Below, piece by piece: positions 32,441-40,691 of a stretch of DNA of 64,000 bases (positions within the stretch are counted from its first letter, which is position 1; each line of letters begins with the position of its first letter). Made by a program: the position numbers and the translations under genes. This stretch comes from Myxococcota bacterium (GTDB taxonomy: Bacteria; Myxococcota_A; UBA796; CAJQPC01). Under the pieces are notes generated by a model. It made no database searches. It saw nothing but the letters and a program-made list of their open reading frames with translations, and was not told where the DNA came from. The DNA lies in contig DASCPX010000240.1 of assembly GCA_036012755.1 (NCBI GenBank), positions 1 through 64,000 on the forward strand, written 5' to 3'.

Positions 32441-32935
32441 TCAGAGCGCGCCGACCAGCGCCGTGAGGTTCCACACGAGGTAGTGGGGCAGGTTGAGCAG
32501 CCGGTAGGAGACCGCCTGGCCGGTCGTCGTCGACAACGAGAGCGCCTGGGTGCTCGGCGGGTTCGTGTCGCATCGGAGCGCCAGATCCAGGCCCTTGTCG
32601 CGCATGAACTGGTGCAGGCTCTTCATGGCCCCAGCCGCCCCGGCCTTGACCTCGACCGGGAGGATCCGGCCACCCACCTGGACCAGGAAGTCGATCTCCC
32701 CCGCTCGTCCACCGTGACGCTGCCAGTAGAAGACCTCTAGCCCGACCGGGGAAGGACCGACGGCCAGCCGGAGTTGTTGGGCGACCAGCTGGTCGGCCAG
32801 CACCTCGCGCTGGCTGCGGCTGCCGTACTTCGCGAAGTCCGCGCGGTAGGTGGCCACCAGGAACTCGGAGAAGCCCATCGGCTCGATGTGGCGGAAGGTC
32901 ACGCGACCGACGGGCATCGACAGGGCGTGGTCGGC
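32441..32935 (-). pseudogene. Remnant of an AAA_14/DUF4143 ATP-binding protein
   Basis: Family motifs (DHALSMPVGRV, TYRADFAKY, YWQR...EIDF...PVEVKAG..G.MKSLHQF) are juxtaposed in ~160 aa; P-loop domain is absent. Confidence 0.7.
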
Positions 32936-32991
32936 GAAGGGACCAGTACCCGCCGTGCCCGAGGGCTTCCAGCGCGGGTTAGCACCGCGTC

Positions 32992-33807
32992 GTGAACGCC
33001 CTCCGCAAACTCCTGGTCGCCCTCGTCGTCGCGACGCTCTGCGGCTGCGATGACGACGCCCAGGAGCGTGTGCGCCTCGTCACGACGACCTCTACCGAGG
33101 CCTCCGGCCTGGCGACCTGGCTGTTTCAGCCCTTCGAGGAGGAGTTCGACGTCCAGGTCCAGGTCGTGGCCGTGGGTACCGGACAGGCCCTGGAGCTGGG
33201 GCGGCGCGGCGACGCTGACCTCGTCGTCGTGCACGCTCGAGAGAGCGAGGACGAGTTCGTCGACGAGGGCTGGGGCATCGACCGCCGGGACCTGATGTGG
33301 AACGACTTCGTCGTGGTCGGGCCGGCAGACGATCCGGCCGGCGTGCGTGGACTGGCCGACGCGGACGGAGCATTCGCCAGGATCAAGGAGACCCGGGCCA
33401 GGTTCGTCTCCAGAGGTGACGACTCGGGGACCCACATGCGCGAGCGCTCGATCTGGAGACGGGCCGGAGGACACCTCGACGACCCCAGCGAGTACCTCGA
33501 GGCAGGCCAAGGCATGGGGAGCTGCCTCCTGCTGGCCGACCAGAGGCTGGCCTACCTCCTGACCGATCGGGGCACCTGGCTGGCCTTCCGATCGAAGGTC
33601 GGACTCGAGGCCCTCGTCGAGGGCGACCCGGCGCTCCGAAACCCCTACGGCATCATCCTCGTCAACCCGGAGCGCCACCCCCACGTCAACGCGGAGGCCG
33701 CCCTGGCACTGCGCGACTGGCTGGTCTCACCGGCAGGCCAGGCGCGGATCGGGGCCTACGAGATCGACGGCGAGGTGCTCTTCCATCCAGCCGAGGACGG
33801 CGCTTGA
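32992..33807 (+). CDS. tupA: Tungstate ABC transporter substrate-binding lipoprotein
   Basis: TTTS tungstate-selectivity motif, VAVGTGQAL, FVSRGDDSGTH, NPY. Confidence 0.93.
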   Translation: MNALRKLLVALVVATLCGCDDDAQERVRLVTTTSTEASGLATWLFQPFEEEFDVQVQVVAVGTGQALELGRRGDADLVVVHARESEDEFVDEGWGIDRRDLMWNDFVVVGPADDPAGVRGLADADGAFARIKETRARFVSRGDDSGTHMRERSIWRRAGGHLDDPSEYLEAGQGMGSCLLLADQRLAYLLTDRGTWLAFRSKVGLEALVEGDPALRNPYGIILVNPERHPHVNAEAALALRDWLVSPAGQARIGAYEIDGEVLFHPAEDGA

Positions 33808-34499
33808 CCTACCTCTTCGATGGGGTCGCGGAGGCGCTGCGCCTCGTGGTGATCGGGGACCCAGAGGTGCTCCACGCCGCCTGGGTCTCGCTGACCTGCA
33901 CGCTGACAGCCGTCAGCCTGGCTGCGGTCATCGCCGTGCCGTGGGGCGCCTGGCTCGGGCTCTACCGCCCCCGGACCCACGGGGTCCAGGTCTTCTTCCT
34001 CCGCCTCGGCATGTCCATGCCCACCGTGCTGATCGGCCTGCTCGTCTTCGGGCTGCTCAGCCGGCAGGGGCTGCTCGGGAGCCTGGACCTCCTCTACACC
34101 CGGACCGCCATCATCACGGGCGAGGTCCTTCTGGCCGTGCCCCTGATCGGCAGCCTTGCGCACGGGCTCGCGGCGGGGCTGGACCGGCGGGTCGTCGACA
34201 CGGCGCTCACCCTCGGCGCCAGCCGCCCGGCCGCGCTGCGCAAGGTCCTGGGCGAGGTGCGCCCAGGTCTGGCCGCGATCACGCTGGCGGCATTCGGGCG
34301 CTGCTTCACCGAGCTCGGCATCGCCATCACCGTGGGCGGCAGCCTGCGCCTGTCGACCCGTACGTTGGCCTCGACGATCCAGCTGGAGCTCTCGCGGGGT
34401 GAGCTGGCCCGAGCGCTGGCTCCGGGCTTGATCCTCCTCGCCGTCGCAGCAGCAGCAGCGGTGGCCGTTCAGCGCCTTTCCAAGGAGAGCCACGCATGA
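33804..34499 (+). CDS. tupB: Tungstate ABC transporter permease
   Basis: Permease with LLSRQGLLG.LDLLYT and FGR..TELG motifs; overlaps the tupA stop. Confidence 0.9.
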   Translation: MTYLFDGVAEALRLVVIGDPEVLHAAWVSLTCTLTAVSLAAVIAVPWGAWLGLYRPRTHGVQVFFLRLGMSMPTVLIGLLVFGLLSRQGLLGSLDLLYTRTAIITGEVLLAVPLIGSLAHGLAAGLDRRVVDTALTLGASRPAALRKVLGEVRPGLAAITLAAFGRCFTELGIAITVGGSLRLSTRTLASTIQLELSRGELARALAPGLILLAVAAAAAVAVQRLSKESHA

Positions 34500-35098
34500 T
34501 CCATGTCGAGGGACTGTTGGTTCGCTTCGGCGCGGTGGTCGCCGTCGAGTTGCCCGGGCTCGTCGTCGGCGAGGGCGAGCGTGTCGGGATCGCCGGTCCC
34601 AACGGCAGCGGCAAGTCCACGCTGCTCCGAGTGCTGGCGGGCCTGCAGGCCCCCACCGCGGGCCACCTCAGCGCCGTGCCGGATGGGACCGTGCTCGTCC
34701 ACCAGCAGCCCTACCTGTTCCGCGGCACTGCCAGGAGCGAGGTCGCCTGGGCGCTCCGTCTCCACGAGCACCCGGCCGCAGAGGCCGACGCGCTGCTCGA
34801 GACGATGGGCGCGTCGCACCTCGCCCACCGCTCCACGAGGGAGCTCTCCGGCGGCGAGCGCCAGCGCGTTGCCCTCGCCCGGGCGCTGGCCACTCGACCG
34901 CGGCTCCTGCTACTCGACGAGCCCTTCGCGGCCCTCGACGACCAGGGCATCGAGCGCATCGCCAAGGCCCTCGACGACTTCGAAGGGACCCTGGTCGTGG
35001 CAGCGCCGATCCTGGAGTGGGTGCGCCTGGATCGCGTCCTGCGACTGGGCCAGCGTCAGTCGACCGTCCGCACGCTCCCGGTCCGCACCACGTCGTAG
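34496..35098 (+). CDS. tupC: Tungstate ABC transporter ATP-binding protein
   Basis: GPNGSGKST, LSGGERQR, LLLDEP; third gene of the operon. Confidence 0.85.
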   Translation: MIHVEGLLVRFGAVVAVELPGLVVGEGERVGIAGPNGSGKSTLLRVLAGLQAPTAGHLSAVPDGTVLVHQQPYLFRGTARSEVAWALRLHEHPAAEADALLETMGASHLAHRSTRELSGGERQRVALARALATRPRLLLLDEPFAALDDQGIERIAKALDDFEGTLVVAAPILEWVRLDRVLRLGQRQSTVRTLPVRTTS

Positions 35099-37020
35099 CC
35101 GCCGAGCTCGACAGCGCCTCGCCTGAACTCCTCCGAGTCGATCACCTCGAGCACCTGCTGGACACCCTCGTGGTCGAGGAACTCGACCGGGATGACCAGC
35201 TCGTAGCGCTCGGTGGCCAAGGGCAGGAAGTCCAGTCCGAGGGCGCGTGCCGCGGACCTGACGCACAACCCGGCGTCAGCGGCACCGCTGGCTACGGCGA
35301 CGGCGACCGCCATGTGGGTGAACTCCTCCGTGCCGTAGCCCTGGATCCGGTTGGCCTCGATCGAGGCCTCTGCGAGCAGGTGGTCGAGGAGCACCCTGGT
35401 ACCCGAGCCGGCCTGGCGGTTGACGAAGTGGAGGTCCTGGCGAACCAGGTCATCCGGTCCCCGCACGCCCTTGGGGTTGCCGCGAGGCACGGCCAGGCCC
35501 TGCTCCCGGTCCACCAGGTGGACGAGCTGCACGGGGACATCCGCCAGGTAGCGACGCACGAAGCTCAGGTTGTAGGAGCCCTCTGATGGGTCGAGCAGGT
35601 GTGAGCCCGCCATGTGACAGGCCCCCTTTCGCAAGGCCCTGAGCCCGCCCAGGCTGCCCACGTGGCTGGAGGCGAGGGTCACGCCGACGCCCCGGGCGCG
35701 CAGCAGGTCGGCGATCAGATCGAGGCAGAGGTCGTGACTGCCCACGGCCACCACGTTCTGCTCGATCTCATGGAGCGGGCGGAGCAGCTCGACCCGCGCT
35801 GGCTCGTGAGCGTGCAGGCCCTCCAGGTCGGTCGGGATGCAGAGCATGCCGTCTGCCCGGGTGAAGCTCGTGACCGTGCCAGCTCCGCGTGGCAGCGGAG
35901 TGGCGACCAGACGCTCACCGACCCGGCCCAGCCGCACCCGCACGAACTCGTCCATGCCCAGCCTCGAGGCGATCTTCCGGGTCGGATGGGCCCGCACGAC
36001 CGGACGGCGAACTGGTGAGACCCCCTGCATGCGTGCCAGCAGCGGCGCCACGAGCTGCTCGAAGCAGAGGATCGCCGAGACCGGGTAGCCCGGCACACCG
36101 ACCACGGGCTTGCCCTCGACGTCTGCCAGCACGGTGGGCTTGCCAGGCATCATTGTCACGCCGTGGACGAGGACCTCGCCCACAGCCTCCGCCGCGGCCC
36201 GGGTGAAGTCGCGGGCGCCGGCGCTCGAACCGCCGATGACCAGCACGAGGTCATATGCGCGGACCGCATCGACGATGACCTCGCAGATGTGGTCCAGGTC
36301 GTCGGCGATGCAGGGGTGGAGGGTGTAGGCGCCACCTGCCTCCTCGACGAGCTTGCCGAGCATCGTGCCGTTGAACTCGATGATGGTGCCAGGCTGCAGG
36401 GCGTCGACCCGGACCTGGTCCGCCGACACGATCTCGGCTCCCGTCGGCACGATCAACACCCGGGGCTGGCGCAGCACCGGGACCTCGAAGATCCCTCCTG
36501 CCATCAGCGCACCCACGCAGGTCGGCCTCACCCGCCGGTGTCTCGCGAAGAGCATCTCGGTCGCGACGATGTCCTCGCCCACCCGGCGCACGTGCTGCCA
36601 GGGGAAGGCGGGAGCCTCGATGCGGATGGCGGCGTCGAGGACCTGGACGTGCTCGATCATGACGACCGCGTCGGTGCCCCCTGGGAGGACGTCCCCCGTG
36701 TTGACCGGGTGGGCTCGGAGACCGAGGGCAAGGTCCATCGGGCTGGCTTCGCTGGCGCCAAAGGTCTGCTCGGCCAGCACCGCGAAGCCGTCCATGGCGG
36801 CTCCGTGGTAGCTCGGAGCAGACACCCGAGCGTGGACAGCCTGGGCCAGCACTCGTCCAACCGCCTCTGCGACGGGCACCTCCTCGGCATCGAGGACAGC
36901 CGCGAAGCGCTCCGACAACAGGGCCCGCGCCTCGGCCAGCCCCGTCATGCGCAGGTAGACGTTGCGGCGATGGCCTCCGCAGGCCGGGGGAGAGTCGCGT
37001 CGTGGGTCGTGGTCGGTCAT
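35056..37020 (-). CDS. moeA: Molybdopterin/tungstopterin metal insertase MoeA fused to C-terminal periplasmic-binding-protein-like domain
   Basis: AMDGFAV, GSSAGARD, PGKP, PGYPVSA; PBP tail HVGSLGGL, NRQAGSGTR, EFTHMAVA. Confidence 0.92.
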   Translation of the reverse strand: MTDHDPRRDSPPACGGHRRNVYLRMTGLAEARALLSERFAAVLDAEEVPVAEAVGRVLAQAVHARVSAPSYHGAAMDGFAVLAEQTFGASEASPMDLALGLRAHPVNTGDVLPGGTDAVVMIEHVQVLDAAIRIEAPAFPWQHVRRVGEDIVATEMLFARHRRVRPTCVGALMAGGIFEVPVLRQPRVLIVPTGAEIVSADQVRVDALQPGTIIEFNGTMLGKLVEEAGGAYTLHPCIADDLDHICEVIVDAVRAYDLVLVIGGSSAGARDFTRAAAEAVGEVLVHGVTMMPGKPTVLADVEGKPVVGVPGYPVSAILCFEQLVAPLLARMQGVSPVRRPVVRAHPTRKIASRLGMDEFVRVRLGRVGERLVATPLPRGAGTVTSFTRADGMLCIPTDLEGLHAHEPARVELLRPLHEIEQNVVAVGSHDLCLDLIADLLRARGVGVTLASSHVGSLGGLRALRKGACHMAGSHLLDPSEGSYNLSFVRRYLADVPVQLVHLVDREQGLAVPRGNPKGVRGPDDLVRQDLHFVNRQAGSGTRVLLDHLLAEASIEANRIQGYGTEEFTHMAVAVAVASGAADAGLCVRSAARALGLDFLPLATERYELVIPVEFLDHEGVQQVLEVIDSEEFRRGAVELGGYDVVRTGSVRTVD

Positions 37021-38243
37021 CAGAACAGCAGCACGGAGACCTGCGCGCCCGCGTCCAGACCCTCCGTGTCCCGGTCGATGCGGACCAGGCCGTGGGCGCC
37101 GACCATGGTTCGGAGCAGTCCGGACCGACCCAGCACCGGCACCGCCCGCACGCTGTCCTGGCCCGGTTCCACGCGCACGCGCACGAAGTCCGTCCGCCCG
37201 TGGGCCGAGACGACGTTGCGGCTCAGGCGTGCAGAGACGCGGAGCCCGCCTGCCTGGTCCCCCCCACCGATGTGCTGCAGGAAAGGCTGCACCAGCACGC
37301 GGAAGACCACCATGGCCGAGGCCGCGTGTCCGGGCAGTCCCCAGACTGCCTTGTCACCCGTCCTCGAGAGGATCGTCGGCTTGCCCGGTCTGATGGCCAC
37401 GCCGTGCGCCAGCAGCTCGGCGTCGGGCAGAGCCTGGAGAACAGCCAGGGTCAGATCGCGGGTACCCACCGACGAACCGCCCGAGATCAGCAAGGTGTCG
37501 GCCTGCGCGAGCGCGGACAGACAGGTGCTCGAGAGCGACTCCAGCTCGTCGGGCACGATGCCCAGCTGGAGGGGACGCCCCCCGCACTGCGTCACGAGCG
37601 CCGCCAGCGTCGTGGAGTTCACGTCGCGCACCTGCCCCGGCCCCGGCTGGGTCTCCGGTGGGACGATCTCGTCGCCGGTGGACAGGATGGCCACGACCGG
37701 CCGTCGGAAGACCTCGACCTCGACCTGCCCGATGGCCGCGAGGAGGCCGGCCTCCTGGGCGCGGATCCGCTGGCCAGCCCTGAGCAGGACCTGGCCGGCG
37801 GCTGCGTCCTCGTCCGATGCGATCAGGTTGTCCCCCGGTGCCACTGGCCGGCTCACCTCGATGGTGCGGTCGTCCAGGTGCTCGGTGTGCTCGACCATCA
37901 CGACCGCGTCGGCCCCATCGGGCGCCATGCCGCCAGTCGGGATGGCCACGGCCTGGCCCCGCCCGACGGTGGCAGTGGCCACCTCCCCCATCTGCACCTC
38001 ACCCACCACATCGAGCAGGGCCGGAGCAGCCTCTGATGCGCCGAACGTGGACGCCGCGACCACAGCGAAGCCGTCCATCGTGGAGCGCCGGAAGCCCGGG
38101 AGGTCGGCCGGAGCCGTGATGTCCTCTGCCAGGTTCCGCCCGACCGCACCGGCAAGCCCGACGGCTTCTGTCCCGACGAGGCCGAAGCGCACGGCGAGGG
38201 CCCGTGCCTGCTCCAGGGAGACGACCTTGAAGAACTCCCTCAT
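37020..38243 (-). CDS. moeA: Gephyrin-like molybdopterin metal insertase MoeA (second paralog)
   Basis: STMDGFAV, ILSTGDE, ISGGSSVGTRD, IRPGKP, LPGH. Confidence 0.92.
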   Translation of the reverse strand: MREFFKVVSLEQARALAVRFGLVGTEAVGLAGAVGRNLAEDITAPADLPGFRRSTMDGFAVVAASTFGASEAAPALLDVVGEVQMGEVATATVGRGQAVAIPTGGMAPDGADAVVMVEHTEHLDDRTIEVSRPVAPGDNLIASDEDAAAGQVLLRAGQRIRAQEAGLLAAIGQVEVEVFRRPVVAILSTGDEIVPPETQPGPGQVRDVNSTTLAALVTQCGGRPLQLGIVPDELESLSSTCLSALAQADTLLISGGSSVGTRDLTLAVLQALPDAELLAHGVAIRPGKPTILSRTGDKAVWGLPGHAASAMVVFRVLVQPFLQHIGGGDQAGGLRVSARLSRNVVSAHGRTDFVRVRVEPGQDSVRAVPVLGRSGLLRTMVGAHGLVRIDRDTEGLDAGAQVSVLLF

Positions 38244-38313
38244 GTTGCGGGCCTATCCGGGCGCGGGGCTGCCTGCCCGGACCTCGCAGCCTCATCGCAA
38301 TAGGCTGTCGGGG

Positions 38314-39477
38314 ATGGGCCGGATGATCTACCTGGACAACAGCGCCACCTCCTTCCCCAAGCCCGAGGAGGTCTACACCTTCATGGATGGCTTCTGGCGC
38401 ACTCGCGGGGTGAATCCGGGGAGATCTGGATTCGATCTCGGCCGGGAAGCGGGGGCCTTCGTGGACGACACCCGAGCGCTGTTGACCGGGCTGTTCAACG
38501 GGACCGACCCAGACCGCCTCTGCTTCGGAAACAACGCCACCGACGCGCTGAACCTCGTGATCAACGGAGTGCTCGGCGAGGGAGACCACGTGGTCACCAC
38601 CAACCTCGAGCACAACTCCGTGCTGAGGCCGCTGGAGCACCTGAGGCGGAACAGGGGAGTCGAGGTCGACCACGTCCCCTGTGACGGCAACGGATTCGTC
38701 GATCCGGATGACATCGAGGGGTGCTTTCGGCCCAACACCCGCCTGGTCATCGTCAACCACGCGTCGAACGTCATCGGCACGATCCAGCCGATCAAGGAGA
38801 TCGGGGCCCGGACTCGGGCGGCGGGTATTGCCTTCGCCGTCGATGCATCACAGTCCGCAGGTGTCGTGCCGATCGACGTCGAAGAGATGAACGTGGACGT
38901 AGTGGTGTTCACGGGCCACAAGTCCCTGATGGGACCGACCGGGATCGGGGGGCTCTACGTCCGGGAGGGGATCGAGATCGAGCTGACCCGGGCGGGCGGG
39001 ACCGGGGTCCGCTCGGCCCAGAGGACCCACCTCGAGGAGTACCCGTACCGCCTCGAATACGGGACCATCAACCTGCTGGGCGTCGCCGGACTCAACGCTG
39101 GTGTGCGCTGGGTCCTCGACGAGGGGATCGACGACATCCACGAACGTGAGATGAAGCTGGTGACCAGGCTCCGAGATGGCGTGAGGGAGATCCCGGGCGT
39201 CACCACCTACTGCCAGGACGACCTGGCCAATCACATCGCCGTGTTCCTGTTCAACATCAACGGGTTCGAAGCAGCACAGACCTCGCCGCTGTTCGACGTC
39301 GACCACGAGATCGCGTGCCGGACCGGGCTCCACTGTGCCCCGCTCGTCCACGACCACCTCGGCACGACCGCGATCGGCGGCGCCGTCCGCTTCAGCCCCG
39401 GCCCCTTCACCACCGAAGCGCACATCGACTCCGCCATAGCTGCAATCGAGGACGTCGCGTCCATGAGGAACCCGTAG
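38314..39477 (+). CDS. Group II cysteine desulfurase / possible selenocysteine lyase (PLP, aminotransferase class V)
   Basis: YLDNSATS, EHNSV, DASQ, TGHK (PLP Lys), RTGLHCAP. Confidence 0.9.
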   Translation: MGRMIYLDNSATSFPKPEEVYTFMDGFWRTRGVNPGRSGFDLGREAGAFVDDTRALLTGLFNGTDPDRLCFGNNATDALNLVINGVLGEGDHVVTTNLEHNSVLRPLEHLRRNRGVEVDHVPCDGNGFVDPDDIEGCFRPNTRLVIVNHASNVIGTIQPIKEIGARTRAAGIAFAVDASQSAGVVPIDVEEMNVDVVVFTGHKSLMGPTGIGGLYVREGIEIELTRAGGTGVRSAQRTHLEEYPYRLEYGTINLLGVAGLNAGVRWVLDEGIDDIHEREMKLVTRLRDGVREIPGVTTYCQDDLANHIAVFLFNINGFEAAQTSPLFDVDHEIACRTGLHCAPLVHDHLGTTAIGGAVRFSPGPFTTEAHIDSAIAAIEDVASMRNP

Positions 39478-39795
39478 GTGCCGATCGTGGACTATCGAGG
39501 GACCCCGCTGGAGCTGAGCGAGGACGGCTTCCTGGCGAGCCCGCGACTGTGGGACGCCGAGGTCGCCCTGTTCATGGCGAAGCGTCAGGGCCTGGAAGAG
39601 CTCGGCAAGGACCACTGGGCGGTGCTCGACTACATCCGGGGCTTCTACGAAGAGCACGGACTGGCACCGCTGGTCCGCAAGATCTGCAGGACCACCGGGC
39701 TCAAGCTGAAGTACATCTACCAACTCTTCCCCGCTGGCCCGGCCATGGGCGCCTGCAAGGTGGCTGGCCTGCCCAACTCCGACGGCTGCGTCTGA
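39478..39795 (+). CDS. DsrC/TusE-family sulfur-relay protein with C-terminal CX10C
   Basis: EDGFL...W, HWAVLDYIR, LFPAGP..GACKVAGLPNSDGCV. Confidence 0.9.
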   Translation: MPIVDYRGTPLELSEDGFLASPRLWDAEVALFMAKRQGLEELGKDHWAVLDYIRGFYEEHGLAPLVRKICRTTGLKLKYIYQLFPAGPAMGACKVAGLPNSDGCV

Positions 39796-39817
39796 AAGAT
39801 CGACGCTGTGACTGGCT

Positions 39818-40681
39818 TCAGGCCTTCTTGCTCTTCTTGACGACGACCCGCTGTGCCTCTGGGATGGGAGGAGGAATGGGCTCTCCGGAGATCTTCCTCA
39901 CCGCGCCGATCTTGGGGGGGCAGGCGTAGAAGCACGTGCCGCAGTGCGTGCACTGCTCCTGGTCGATGATGTGGATGGTCTTCAGCTCGCCGTCGATGGC
40001 CTTGACCGGACACTTCTTGAAGCAGATCAGACAGCCCACGCACATCTCGGGCTCGATGTGGTAGGCGGGGAGCTCCTCGGCAGTGGAGACCGGGTCAGCG
40101 ACGAACTGATCGAGCAGTCCCAGCACCTTCGGCGAGGCATAGAGCTTGTCGTAGGCCGCCTCCGACTTGACACGAACCTGCAGCTTCTCCCTGACCAGGA
40201 TCTTCAGCTGGGGGACCATCTGGTAGACGGACTCGAGCTCTGTCTTCAGCGACTCCGGGTCGAGGCCCTCGCTGGAACCCAGGGGGCCCAGGGCGTCGAG
40301 CTCGTCGACGAAGTCGTCCATCACCTCGGCGAAGCGGTTGCCCTCTGAGGCAGCCACCCACTCGAGCCGCAGCCTGTTCGGGTGGAGCCCGATGCGCTGC
40401 ATCAGGTTCTTGAGCAGGTACATGTTGCCAAGGGCGTCGTAGTTCCCCTCTGTGATGTAGTGGCACTCTCCGGGCCAGCACCCCCCGACGAAGACGCCGT
40501 CGGCCCCGTTCAGGAAGGCCCGAAGCGGAAAGGACAGGTCCACCCTCCCCGTGCACATGAGCCGTATGATCTTGATCTCAGCCGCGTATTGTTGTCTGGA
40601 AACTCCAGCGAGGTCTGCCGCCGAGTACGCTCACCAGTTGCACAGAAAGCCGATGAGTCTGATCTTCGGTTTCAGTCCCAT
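39818..40681 (-). CDS. bamF: Selenocysteine-containing MvhD-like subunit of class II benzoyl-CoA reductase with C-terminal 2x[4Fe-4S] domain (287 aa, Sec17)
   Basis: GGAGG upstream of ATG 40681; reads FLCNW-UGA-AYSAADLAG...MCTGRVD...GGCWPGECHY in a single frame; last gene of the bam operon. Confidence 0.9.
40584..40633 (-). promoter_or_regulatory. In-frame UGA (40631-40633) and putative bacterial SECIS hairpin
   Basis: mRNA UGA GCGUA...CUGGA-GUU-UCCAG...UACGC: G-starting apical loop 27 nt after UGA, with lower GCGUA/UACGC pairing. Confidence 0.7.
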
Positions 40682-40691
40682 GTTGCCCTCC

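Noticed and set aside
36163..38313. Long 5' extension of the 1104-aa ORF and many other long antisense or alternate-frame ORFs
   Set aside because: Shadow ORFs expected in high-GC DNA opposite real genes; only the part from 38314 is a recognisable protein.
39478..39795. Evidence of dissimilatory sulfate reduction
   Set aside because: No dsrAB, apr, sat or qmo in the window; a DsrC-like gene alone is insufficient.
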